Below are positions 9,128 through 17,756 of a stretch of 56,666 nt of DNA, one piece after another. Origin of the DNA: Deltaproteobacteria bacterium (GTDB lineage Bacteria > Bdellovibrionota > UBA1018 > UBA923); the NCBI GenBank assembly GCA_016194725.1, contig JACQAW010000342.1, positions 1-56,666 on the forward strand, given 5' to 3'. The translations under genes were made by a program, and so were the position numbers. Position 1 is the first letter of the stretch; each line of letters opens with the position of its first letter. The notes under the pieces are model-generated. The model saw only the letters and a program-made list of their open reading frames with translations. It made no database searches and was not told the origin of the DNA.

Positions 9128-9343
9128 AAATTTCCTTTGGATCTCTCTATATGCAGCACAATCCGCCAAACGTCCAGACTTTGTGGCACCATTTGCCCGG
9201 GGCAGTTCTGACACTGCAGCCTTGGCTGGCGGACCGGGTGGGACCGGAGTAAACTGGAAGCAGAAGCGGTTCTGCTGTCGGAAGCTGTTACAAGTTGCCG
9301 TTATTGTTTCAGGATTAAGGAACCGATGAGTTTTTAGACCAGT

Positions 9344-9359
9344 TGGTACAAATCCAGCA
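9344..9359 (+). promoter_or_regulatory. Weak sigma-54-like -24/-12 element (TGGTAC-N5-CAGCA)
   Basis: The GG-N10-GC spacing is correct and the element lies about 60 nt upstream of the pilin ATG at 9417. Several flanking positions differ from consensus. Confidence 0.2.
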
Positions 9360-9416
9360 ATCCAAGGACACGGGGTTGCAGCAGCTTTAAAACTTGCGGT
9401 GAATACGGAGATTCAA

Positions 9417-9896
9417 ATGAAAATGAGATTCGGTTTATTGGCAGCAGTGATCGCATTGGGTTACGTGTCGGGCGCGCATGCCGCGACTTCAGGGTCGGTG
9501 ACGATTCAAGGTACGGTGCCGACGGTGGTGGCCATTACGGTAACGGGTATCGCGCCATTCAATGCGCTGGACCTGACCACGACCCAAGCCAACTTGCCTG
9601 TTGCCGACGTCGTCGAGCAAAGCAATGACTCTCTGGGCTACAAGGTGACGATGAGCTCGACGAACGCCGGCTCGCTCAAGAACGGCTCACTGGGAAGCGT
9701 GGCCTACACGGCAAAGTACAACGGTACGACGGTCACGCTTAGCGCTACGCCTCAGCAAGTCACCAGCACCGGATCGACAACCGCTGTGGTGAACGCGACC
9801 AAGTCGCTGACGATTTCGTACACGGGAGCGGCTTCGGCGTCGTTGATGTCAGGTACGTACAGCGACACGCTGACGTTTACGATCGCCGCGAACTAG
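9417..9896 (+). CDS. SCPU (spore coat protein U)/Csu-type fimbrial subunit
   Basis: ORF 9399..9896. The likely ATG at 9417 follows GGAG. Signal peptide ...GYVSGAHA, an N-terminal donor-strand-like SGSVTIQGTVPTVVAITV, and a C-terminal GTYSDTLTFTIAAN signature. It lies next to a chaperone-usher locus. Confidence 0.7.
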   Translation: MKMRFGLLAAVIALGYVSGAHAATSGSVTIQGTVPTVVAITVTGIAPFNALDLTTTQANLPVADVVEQSNDSLGYKVTMSSTNAGSLKNGSLGSVAYTAKYNGTTVTLSATPQQVTSTGSTTAVVNATKSLTISYTGAASASLMSGTYSDTLTFTIAAN

Positions 9897-9899
9897 CCT

Positions 9900-10853
9900 C
9901 TACTCGGTAGTGGCTACGGTGACGGTGATGTTGTCGGAGTAGTTGCCGGCTATCTCGTCTTTGAGCGACCCGATGGTGATCGAGACCGGATTGACGGTTC
10001 CACTGGTTGTGGTTTGCCCGCTGCCCGTTGCAACCACCACCGGCCCGTTGGTCAGATTTTGAAATGCGGAGTTGACAGTCACCGCATAGGGAATCGTGGT
10101 TCGCACGTCCGGCGAGGTATGACGAAGCACGCCCTGGTTTTGCGAGGCGAACGTGACGGAAAATCCGGCGTTGGTGAGAATGCGGATGTCGAACGTGCGA
10201 ACGGCGTTCTCGGTCAGCGTACCGAAATCCAGCGATTGGGCCGTGGAGTTGGGGTCAAACCCCGCGCCCGTGCACACCAGCGAAAGCTGCACGTTGCGCG
10301 GTACTTCGGTCGACAACGAGACGCCCGCGGTCTGATCGGGCCCCGATAGCCCGCTGCTGGCGGTGCCGTTGAAAACGCTCACGACGTAACTGTCGAGGTA
10401 CGTGCCCGCCAGCTTCAGGCGCGGCGAAGTAGCCAGATTGTATGGGATCTGCAAAAAATAAGTCAGCGACTGCGATTGGTTGGCGCCGGTTCCAAAACTT
10501 CCGGTGATGGCATCGTTGGCGCTGGTAACGTCTGGCGCGTCTTTTAGAATATTGGTCAGCGAGGATTCCTTGTAGAGCTGGTAGTTCAGAGTGCTCGCGC
10601 CTGAGGTCATACGTCGGTTGTAGTCGCCCGCACCGCCCTTGGAAAACGTGACAACGAAATCGCAGGCATCGGTTTTCTGCTTGGTCACCGTGAAGTTGAT
10701 CTGCTGCGTGGGCAACGACGTGTTCCAGACCAGATTGACGTTGCTGACGTTCAGGCCCAGATGGCAGTTTCCGCCGAAAGCCGGTGCTGCGGCAAGCAGC
10801 AGGGCCAGTGTCGTGAGCGGCGCGATGATTCCTGGTTTTTCAATTCCCGTCAT
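9900..10853 (-). CDS. Two-domain SCPU fimbrial protein (CsuE-like tip or adhesin candidate)
   Basis: ORF 9900..10946. The likely ATG at 10853 lies 8 nt after the usher stop. Signal peptide present. Two tandem SCPU-like halves end in GTYLDSYVVSVF and GNYSDNITVTVATTE. Confidence 0.65.
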   Translation of the reverse strand: MTGIEKPGIIAPLTTLALLLAAAPAFGGNCHLGLNVSNVNLVWNTSLPTQQINFTVTKQKTDACDFVVTFSKGGAGDYNRRMTSGASTLNYQLYKESSLTNILKDAPDVTSANDAITGSFGTGANQSQSLTYFLQIPYNLATSPRLKLAGTYLDSYVVSVFNGTASSGLSGPDQTAGVSLSTEVPRNVQLSLVCTGAGFDPNSTAQSLDFGTLTENAVRTFDIRILTNAGFSVTFASQNQGVLRHTSPDVRTTIPYAVTVNSAFQNLTNGPVVVATGSGQTTTSGTVNPVSITIGSLKDEIAGNYSDNITVTVATTE

Positions 10854-10861
10854 ACCTGGTC

Positions 10862-13135
10862 CTATCTTAGCGGACGTGCAGTCAGACTGCCAATATCGTA
10901 AACACCCAACGCGGTATCCGGAATGGAAAATTCCAGGAGCGCCCATTTTTCGCTGAAAAATCGCAGTACATAGGTGCCGGGCTTGAAGCCCTCGACGCGA
11001 AACTTGCCCTTGCGGTTCGTAAATACGACGATCGGCTTGGCATTGGGGTCGCCTTTGAGCAGCGCTTCACCCGATTCCAGGGCAATGGGGACGTGACTGG
11101 CGTTGAACAGCACGCCCGCCAGCATGATTGCCGCGTCGGTGCCCGCGCGAATCAGCACTCCGCTTTTGTAGTCAGGCAGCAGCGCGTAATTTTCCTCGCC
11201 CAGCTCGAGTCCAGGCGGCAGGCGTGAAGGATCGAGATACAGGTGATAGTACTGGTAAGAGCGTATGTTGGACACGACGGCCGGGCCCAGGCAGTCGGCG
11301 CGCGAGTCGTAATATTCGTTGCTGTTGGGATTGACGTCGATGGTTTGCCCTTTGAGATGCTCGGCCACCGCCACGATGGCGAACGCGTCGGTGATGGGGC
11401 GTCCGATGGCGAACCGGCCCCCCGCAAAAGCAACCGAGGTGCCGGCCCTGAGATTTGTGGTCTGCTGCTGGTAGCCGGCATAGTTGGTCGTTAGATTGTG
11501 TGAGGCGCCCAGTGTGCCGCGGTTGCCCGTGTAATCGAGCGAGGCATCGGTTCGGTTGGCATCGGGTGCGCGTTCGAAAGAGGCACCCGCGCTGTAGCCG
11601 CCGACAAGCTGGGGTGAGTTGTAGTGCCATTCCACGCGCTGGGCCTTGCGCGCGGTATCTTCGCTGGCGGTGACGAAGTGGTTGCTTTCGGGCATGACCC
11701 AGGAGAGCAGAAAAAACAGGTCATTTTCACTCTGATCGGTCTGCGAGCGGCGGTGGGTCAGCGTGAGGCTGGCCTGCATGCCGCTCTTCCACGACTTCAC
11801 CAGCGCAAGCGAGCCCAGATAGTCGTTCACGGTGCCGGGGCCGCGGTTGAAGTCGTAGGTGCCGCTCAGGCGGGCATTGACCTCGGGCAGTACGGTTTGG
11901 CTATAGCCCGCCGTGAGATTGACGGCGGGAATCACGTTAGGCGCGATTGCATCGAAATCGGTGAGCTCGGCGAAATGCGCATCTTTGTATTCGACGCCAA
12001 AAAGCAGATTGCGTTGGGTGAAGCGAGGGCCGTTGTAATCGGTGTAGTTGTAGCGCAGCCGCCCGGCCAGCGCGCTCTTGTAGCCCGAAAGATGTCCGAT
12101 CGTGGGCTCAAGGCCCAGCGTGCCCCAGCGGTGGGCCTCGGTGACTTCGACGCCGCCCACGAGCTGCCGGTGATCGCCCTGGTAGTTCGCGCCCACGGTG
12201 AGCGTGTCGCTCAGTCCGTAGCGGTGAAAGATGGATACGGTAGGCAGGCTTGAGTTGTAGTCGCGGTGGTTGCCCACCTGGGTGGAAGGAAAGCCCACGC
12301 TGTAGGCCAGCTGATGTAGGCCCTTGGTGAGCAAATCCGCATCGGATACCCAGGGAAAGTTGAGCACTTCGACGCGGCCCACGTCGTCGGTGATCTCGAG
12401 GCGCACGAAGTTGATGCCGTTGCCCAAGGCCAGGCTCTTCAAATCCTGACGCCCGGCAGGTAGATAAAGAACCTGTGACTGAAAGCCATTGATGAAGACG
12501 ACGACCCGGGAAGGCGTTTTGAGAAAAATTTCGTTGCTGCTGAGCGGAATCGTAACCCGGTACGGCTGCAGCGTGAAGTTGCTGGCAAAAGTAAAGCCCG
12601 CCATGGGGCGAAAGTGCTGGTAGGTGCTGATGGGATAGCTGAGATCGCCGGCGGCGTATCGGATCGTGTGTGCGGGGTCGTCTTTGACCAGCCGTACGTC
12701 GCCGCGCGTGAAGGTGTGGTCTTGCTGGCTGGTATAATTCGAAGCCGCTTCGATGACCCACGATTTATAGTTCAAGGCGCCGTCCAGGTCGCTGCGAAAC
12801 GGGCGTCGTCCATCGGTTCCGTCGTTGTGGTGAAAGTTGAAGTCCTCGCCCACGCGCGTGTTCACGAAGCCGCTGAATGGGCTGGGCGCGAGCGCTTCGC
12901 CGATCTGGGGTGGAATTCCGCGGCCACTCAGATACACCAGATTGGTCTTGCGGATATCGGGTGGGACCTCGATACGCAGCTCGAGCGTGCTTTCGTCGAA
13001 TTTTGGCTTGAGCCCCACCGAAGTCAGGGCATCGGCGGCAAGTAAGCGTTCGCCCGTGCGGGGGTCGGCCACGAGATGCGCTGAAAGCTGATTGATGCGA
13101 TCGGCGCTGATCCAGTCTTTAAGATACTCGAGCAT
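10862..13135 (-). CDS. Fimbrial outer-membrane usher (body; signal peptide encoded in another frame upstream)
   Basis: 757-aa beta-rich ORF positioned between the chaperone and the tip subunit, with size and context typical of FimD/PapC-type ushers. It has no signal peptide of its own. The frame stays open upstream to a TAA inside the T10/A10 tract. Confidence 0.75.
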   Translation of the reverse strand: MLEYLKDWISADRINQLSAHLVADPRTGERLLAADALTSVGLKPKFDESTLELRIEVPPDIRKTNLVYLSGRGIPPQIGEALAPSPFSGFVNTRVGEDFNFHHNDGTDGRRPFRSDLDGALNYKSWVIEAASNYTSQQDHTFTRGDVRLVKDDPAHTIRYAAGDLSYPISTYQHFRPMAGFTFASNFTLQPYRVTIPLSSNEIFLKTPSRVVVFINGFQSQVLYLPAGRQDLKSLALGNGINFVRLEITDDVGRVEVLNFPWVSDADLLTKGLHQLAYSVGFPSTQVGNHRDYNSSLPTVSIFHRYGLSDTLTVGANYQGDHRQLVGGVEVTEAHRWGTLGLEPTIGHLSGYKSALAGRLRYNYTDYNGPRFTQRNLLFGVEYKDAHFAELTDFDAIAPNVIPAVNLTAGYSQTVLPEVNARLSGTYDFNRGPGTVNDYLGSLALVKSWKSGMQASLTLTHRRSQTDQSENDLFFLLSWVMPESNHFVTASEDTARKAQRVEWHYNSPQLVGGYSAGASFERAPDANRTDASLDYTGNRGTLGASHNLTTNYAGYQQQTTNLRAGTSVAFAGGRFAIGRPITDAFAIVAVAEHLKGQTIDVNPNSNEYYDSRADCLGPAVVSNIRSYQYYHLYLDPSRLPPGLELGEENYALLPDYKSGVLIRAGTDAAIMLAGVLFNASHVPIALESGEALLKGDPNAKPIVVFTNRKGKFRVEGFKPGTYVLRFFSEKWALLEFSIPDTALGVYDIGSLTARPLR

Positions 13136-13227
13136 CGCGGGCCCCTGAACCTTGAAGACATTTCGATCGGCTGAAGGAAAAATGAAAAGCTCGCCGCTCG
13201 GACGGTTTTCGATGAGAACCGGAACGA

Positions 13228-13371
13228 TTACCCGAGGGCTATCCGGCTTTTTTTTTTACTGAAGGCATTCCGAAAGGGGTCCTCGGCCGGTGGCGCGGTC
13301 AGCGCCAACACCGGCGTAAAGCAGAGCAACGCGCACGTCGCGAGGAGATGAGCGTTATTTTTTAATCTCAA
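13228..13371 (-). pseudogene. 5' fragment of the usher gene (signal peptide), out of frame with the usher body
   Basis: My own translation gives TTG(13371) RLKNNAHLLATCALLCFTPVLALTAPPAEDPFRNAFSKKK SRIALG*. The start overlaps the end of the chaperone gene. It joins the usher frame if the A-run has 11 or 8 residues instead of 10. Confidence 0.6.
13248..13257. repeat. T10 (A10 on the coding strand) homopolymer at the usher frame break
   Basis: Counted directly in ggcTTTTTTTTTTact. Confidence 0.9.
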
Positions 13372-14080
13372 GTTCCGCTTTCGACTTCAAGTTTTCGGCA
13401 GTGAGCTGCGCGGGCCAGGCAATTTCAAAGCGACGCTCGCCCCCCGCAAGCAGGTTCAGGCCGCTCAATGCCTTGGTGTCTTCGTCCTTGAGCTCGACGG
13501 AACCAATCCTGATCCTGGCCGAGTTGATGATCTGGTGGGCTGTGCCCAGATTGCCGACCGTGACGGCGAGCTTGTTTTTCACGTGCTCGAGCCTGATGAC
13601 CTCGATACGCGGCGAAGAGCCGCGCGGCGTAATGTATACCGCGCCCATGTAACGCAAAAGCATGCGAATGACGGCCTGGTCTTTTTTGTCGGGCTTATGC
13701 GTGTCGACCGGCAGCTGTTCGGCGATGATGCGGAAGGCGAGCTCTTTATCGGGTTTGGCATTACCGGCCCAGGTTACGCGCACGGTTCGTTTTTCGTTAC
13801 CGCCGAGGACGATTTGCGACGGATAAACGACGAAGTCATCGTCGGCGTCGGGGTTTTTTTCGACGCCCGCGGCGTTGACCTCGCGCGCGGCCATGGAAAC
13901 CTGGATCGCGAGCTTTTCGCCGCTGTTGTTATCTATCGTGAACGAGCGCGTGGCCCCCTTTCCATTTGGATCGAGCGAAACGGACATCGGGGCCAGGGAA
14001 AACGCGTGCGCGCTGGCGGCAGCCAGGAGCAGCAGGGGAAAAAACGCGATGCACGTCACGCGGGTGTTTTGAGCCGGCAC
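13355..14080 (-). CDS. Fimbrial periplasmic chaperone (PapD-like)
   Basis: Signal peptide ...AAASAHA. FSLAPMSVSLDPNGKGATRSFTIDNNSGEKLAIQVS and the later VVYPSQIVLGGNEKRTVRV fit the Ig-like chaperone fold pattern. Confidence 0.8.
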   Translation of the reverse strand: MPAQNTRVTCIAFFPLLLLAAASAHAFSLAPMSVSLDPNGKGATRSFTIDNNSGEKLAIQVSMAAREVNAAGVEKNPDADDDFVVYPSQIVLGGNEKRTVRVTWAGNAKPDKELAFRIIAEQLPVDTHKPDKKDQAVIRMLLRYMGAVYITPRGSSPRIEVIRLEHVKNKLAVTVGNLGTAHQIINSARIRIGSVELKDEDTKALSGLNLLAGGERRFEIAWPAQLTAENLKSKAELEIKK

Positions 14081-14115
14081 TTAACCGAGAGTATAGTCGG
14101 GATTTCAAGAGCTGT

Positions 14116-14631
14116 CTAATCTGCCGCGACGGAAAAGGTGATCGTATCGGTGTAGGTTCCGCGCGCGATTTTGGCCAGCTGGTCGGGAGTTTTGGTGACG
14201 AGATGAATTTTGAGAACGTGCACGGTACGGGTGCCGCCCGCGCGGAATCCGGCTTCAACCGTCCTGGGCCCGTTGGCCAGGTCCACGCTCGAGGTGTTGT
14301 AGGTCAGCGCGTAAGCCGGACCGGTTTCGCCCGCCCCTTTCAGGAGGCCGCTGTTTTTCGAGCCAATCGTGACCTGGAAGACGCCTGGTGCGTTATTGAC
14401 TTCGATGATGCGGGCCAGCTCGATATCCTCGTTGGCGGCCGCAAGCTCGGCGGCGGGTGAGCGGCCGTTGAGGGCATCGGTATCCACGATGGTCAGCGAG
14501 TGCAGCTCGGGTACGAAGCCAATGAGCGTCAGGCTGCCGTTGCTGGCGGCAATCGCGGCGGCGGCAGTAGCAATGGCCAGAACCACGAGGATGGAGAATG
14601 TTCCGAAAAATAATTTCTCACGCACGGTCAT
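14116..14631 (-). CDS. SCPU/Csu-type major fimbrial subunit
   Basis: ORF 14116..14649. Candidate starts are TTG 14649, ATG 14631 and GTG 14625. Signal peptide, donor-strand-like NGSLTLIGFVPELHSLTIV, and a C-terminal GTYTDTITFSVAAD. Confidence 0.7.
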   Translation of the reverse strand: MTVREKLFFGTFSILVVLAIATAAAAIAASNGSLTLIGFVPELHSLTIVDTDALNGRSPAAELAAANEDIELARIIEVNNAPGVFQVTIGSKNSGLLKGAGETGPAYALTYNTSSVDLANGPRTVEAGFRAGGTRTVHVLKIHLVTKTPDQLAKIARGTYTDTITFSVAAD

Positions 14632-14713
14632 GCCTTGCTGTATCGGCAATTTTGGCTGGTTTCTTGAGTTGGAAGCGCCAGGCCTGTGTGCGCGCTACAC
14701 TACCCAGGGGTGC

Positions 14714-16081
14714 CTACGGAATCGCGAGCTGGGAATTCGGGGCGAAGTCGTGCAGGCCGGGCTGGCCAATGTCGTAGTAGGTGCGGGTCGTGTAAGAATT
14801 CGGATCGGTGTAGTAGGTCACGACGGCTGCGAGCTTGGTGGGCAGGTTCATCACGTTCCAGAAGGTGGCTCCAAAACCCTGCGACCAGTATTCCGGATAG
14901 AGCGCACTGCTATAAAAGCTGGGCAGCTGCGTGGCCCGCATCCAGTTGCCCAGGATGCCCTGTGCGTACACCTGGTAGGTCACCATGCTGAACAGGGGAT
15001 CTTCGCGCGATTCGGTAAAGGTGGAAAGGCTCAGGTTGCGGCGCAAGGGATCGAAGAATACTTTCAAGCGGTAGTCGGCATACTGCACCTGCGCGTTATT
15101 GGTGGCGGGGGGCTTGGACCAGCCCGAGTGAATCACCAGCGCCTGTGTCGAAAAGATGCGATGATACGCAAAGCTGACGTGGCCGTAGCCGGCGGTGCCC
15201 CAGGCGGTGCCCCAGGAGTTCTTGATCAGAAAGCCGGTATCATCGTAACCGACGATCTCGACGGCGTGACCAGCCCATTCGTCCTGAGGCGAGAATTTTA
15301 CGAGCAGGATGTTTCCGCTTTCCTCCAAGGTCGGGTAGTCGGCGCGCAGGATCGCAATCGCCAGAGGCATGCGCACCACGCCCGTGGGCAGCCGGATCTC
15401 GACCAGCACGTGCTGGTCGAGGTCGATATTTCCGCGGGCCGACGGGTCGTTCCACTGCGAGGACTGAATAAGGTAACTCACGGGAATCGAACGCACCCAG
15501 TGGCCGGCGCGCCGGTCTTCGAGCGCGGCTTTGAGGACCTCGGGGTTTTGCACCTGGGGATAGTGAATCACCTCGGTGTCCGCGCCGATATGGTATTTTC
15601 CATAGGGCGTAGTGCGCAGAATTTCATTGTCGGTCACGCGCGCCTGGCAAAGAAAATCGAGCTGCGGCGAGGCGCCCGAAAAATGCGAGGTCACGGCACA
15701 GGCCAGATTCTGCTCGGGCGGCAGGCCGTCGTAAGGCATGAAACGTTCCGACGGAATGCCGTAGTTCTGCAGCACCGGAACATAATGTTCGAGCGCTTCG
15801 CCAGCGGTCACGAACCCGTTTTTCGGGCGCACGCCCAGGGTCAGAAAAGTTTTAACGTTCTGCTCGAGCTCGGTTTTTTTCATCACCGCATACAGGTACT
15901 GCGTGCTGAGCTGAGTGGGCATGCCGGGCATGGCTTCCATGGCGCCGGCTACTGCAAAAGCGGTGCACGTGCCGCGCCCAAGCTGGTTGCGCACGGGTGA
16001 CTGAAAGTCGCGGTTGTCGACGTTGGCCTGGGCCAGGCTGGCAAAAAGCGCGGCGGTGAATATCAGAGCAAGGGCCTTCAT
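14714..16081 (-). CDS. Papain-family (C1) cysteine peptidase with an unknown ~200-aa C-terminal domain, secreted
   Basis: Signal peptide present. Gln/Cys motif NQLGRGTCTAFAVAGA, His motif GHAVEIVGYD, and Asn motif IKNSWGTAWG. Confidence 0.8.
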   Translation of the reverse strand: MKALALIFTAALFASLAQANVDNRDFQSPVRNQLGRGTCTAFAVAGAMEAMPGMPTQLSTQYLYAVMKKTELEQNVKTFLTLGVRPKNGFVTAGEALEHYVPVLQNYGIPSERFMPYDGLPPEQNLACAVTSHFSGASPQLDFLCQARVTDNEILRTTPYGKYHIGADTEVIHYPQVQNPEVLKAALEDRRAGHWVRSIPVSYLIQSSQWNDPSARGNIDLDQHVLVEIRLPTGVVRMPLAIAILRADYPTLEESGNILLVKFSPQDEWAGHAVEIVGYDDTGFLIKNSWGTAWGTAGYGHVSFAYHRIFSTQALVIHSGWSKPPATNNAQVQYADYRLKVFFDPLRRNLSLSTFTESREDPLFSMVTYQVYAQGILGNWMRATQLPSFYSSALYPEYWSQGFGATFWNVMNLPTKLAAVVTYYTDPNSYTTRTYYDIGQPGLHDFAPNSQLAIP

Positions 16082-16132
16082 GGTGGACCCTGAATATCAC
16101 GTGAAATGACGCACTGCAATGTGGCAAAGGCT

Positions 16133-16774
16133 TTAATATTCCGATGGTTTGGCTGGGCTTAGGCAACAGCGAAACCCGGCTTCGTAGGTTCTGAACTTGC
16201 CTGGATGCGCCGGATTCACGAAGGCGCAGCTGGGGGGGGCGCCACCATAGCAGCCCGCCCAGTAGCAACCTTTGAGCACGTGCGCGAAATTATTGCGGTT
16301 GGGAAACGAGCGCGACACCCATTCCGCAGCGTTCCCCGTAAGGTCGTGGATTCCGTCTTGCGATACGCAGCCCGGGCGTGAGCCGCTGGGATCGGCCTGG
16401 TAAAGGCGCTCCACCTCGAGCTTGCCCTCGTGAGCGGGGTACTTCGCGATTTTCCCCCAGTTGGGCATGCGCCACTCCTTGTCGTCGTTGCAGACGCCCT
16501 TTTTGTAGCGGTTTCCATAGGGATATTTGCGGCCGGCTTCGCCTTGGCAGGCGCGCACCCATTCGGCTTCGCTGCACAGGCGTTTGCCGCGCGCCGAACA
16601 CCACTGCTCGCCCTCGGTGGCCCGGGCCGCGGTAATGGGGTTGACGCCGGCCTCGTTGGGCGCCTCAAAACGGTCCATGCAAAACCCTGCAACGGCCCCC
16701 ATGTCGTCGGGGCAATGCAGGGGCCCTGTGGGGGCAGCAAGGGCTACGGTAAACAACAGTAGTGCGGGCATCAT
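16133..16774 (-). CDS. Formylglycine-generating-enzyme (FGE/SUMF1) family protein, secreted
   Basis: ORF 16133..16879. The likely start is the ATG at 16774 or 16804, ahead of the signal peptide MMPALLLFTVALAAP. FCMDRFE, YPYGN, DLTGNAAEWV and GFRCC are FGE-sulfatase family features. Confidence 0.7.
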   Translation of the reverse strand: MMPALLLFTVALAAPTGPLHCPDDMGAVAGFCMDRFEAPNEAGVNPITAARATEGEQWCSARGKRLCSEAEWVRACQGEAGRKYPYGNRYKKGVCNDDKEWRMPNWGKIAKYPAHEGKLEVERLYQADPSGSRPGCVSQDGIHDLTGNAAEWVSRSFPNRNNFAHVLKGCYWAGCYGGAPPSCAFVNPAHPGKFRTYEAGFRCCLSPAKPSEY

Positions 16775-16847
16775 GGTTGCACCCGATAGCACAGTCGGCA
16801 GCATCTGCCTATCCAGCGGGGGCTGGGCGGTTACGAAGAGTATAGAG

Positions 16848-17756
16848 ATGAGTCTTGCCATCAAACTCGTAAACGTCACCCGGTCCTACGGCTCCAACCT
16901 GGCCTTGCGCGGAGTCTCGCTCGAGTTGGAGGCCGGAAACTTTTATATTCTTTTGGGTAAAAACGGGGCGGGCAAGTCGACCCTCATGCGGCTGCTCATG
17001 CGTTACGAGATGCCCGATACCGGCAGCGGAACGGTGCTGGGTCAGCCCATCGACAGCGAAAGCGACGCGTTCAACCTCGAGATCGGCTACGTGTCGGAGT
17101 CGCTCGATTATCACCTGCCGTTGCGCATGAACAAGCTCTTCTCATATTTCGCGGAAATATATCCGCGCTGGGACCGCGCGATTTTCGAAGGCATGCTGCG
17201 CGAGCTGCGCATCGATCTCAATAAACATTTCCGAGAACTTTCGCGCGGCCAGAAAATGCAGGTCGCATTTGCCGCCGCGGCGGCCATTCAGCCCAAGCTG
17301 CTCATCCTGGACGAAATCACGGCCGTGCTGGACGCCAACGCCCGCGCGTTTTTCATGGACTATCTGGGCCGCTTCACCCGCCAGGGCGGCACCGTGGTCA
17401 TGGCCACCAATATCGTGAGTGAGGTGCAGAACTACGCCAACCACATGATCCTGATGCATGACGGCCTCGTGAGCCTGGATGTGCCGGTGCGCGACTTGTC
17501 CAAGCTGTTTCTGAAGATTCGCCGCGCCCAGAACGAGCCGCATCCGATTTTCAACACCACCGATTGCGTCGAGGTGGCTTTGAACTCCGACGGTTCCACG
17601 TCGCACATCGTAAGTCGCGAGCTCTCGCAGAAGTTCGAGGTGCCTGAACGGCTGCACGACTATCGAGGCATCACGGCCGAGGAAATTTTCATCTACTTCA
17701 CGCGCGGGGGGTTTCACGACCAGCACCACTTCCTCGGTGAGGTAGACGTTGCATAG
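16848..17756 (+). CDS. ABC transporter ATP-binding protein
   Basis: ORF 16527..17756. The ATG at 16848 gives MSLAIKLVNVTRSYG. Walker A GKNGAGKST, signature LSRGQKMQV, and Walker B LLILDE. Confidence 0.9.
   Translation: MSLAIKLVNVTRSYGSNLALRGVSLELEAGNFYILLGKNGAGKSTLMRLLMRYEMPDTGSGTVLGQPIDSESDAFNLEIGYVSESLDYHLPLRMNKLFSYFAEIYPRWDRAIFEGMLRELRIDLNKHFRELSRGQKMQVAFAAAAAIQPKLLILDEITAVLDANARAFFMDYLGRFTRQGGTVVMATNIVSEVQNYANHMILMHDGLVSLDVPVRDLSKLFLKIRRAQNEPHPIFNTTDCVEVALNSDGSTSHIVSRELSQKFEVPERLHDYRGITAEEIFIYFTRGGFHDQHHFLGEVDVA

Noticed and set aside
9184-9196. TGGCACCATTTGC, which looks like a sigma-54 promoter.
   Set aside because: The GG-to-GC spacing is 8 nt rather than 10. The site also lies just upstream of the minus-strand gene start (9127), on the plus strand, with no plus-strand gene positioned to use it.
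9215-9416. A possible riboswitch or c-di-GMP-responsive leader upstream of the convergent pilin gene, suggested by the HD-GYP and PilZ genes in the window.
   Set aside because: I could not find the conserved GEMM-type motifs by eye. Only a short GCAGAA-GCGG-TTCTGC hairpin is present.
14369-16000. A 543-aa plus-strand ORF overlapping the C1 peptidase gene. Other very long antisense ORFs are similar: 477-1244 (-), 6233-7540 (-), 21010-21852 (-), 23550-24710 (-), 34771-35685 (+), 39533-40405 (+), 41092-41970 (+), 42833-44230 (-), 50954-51889 (+).
   Set aside because: They are typical high-GC shadow ORFs. Their composition is rich in Arg, Gly, His and Ala, and they carry no recognisable motifs. 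Each lies opposite a gene with strong family signatures.
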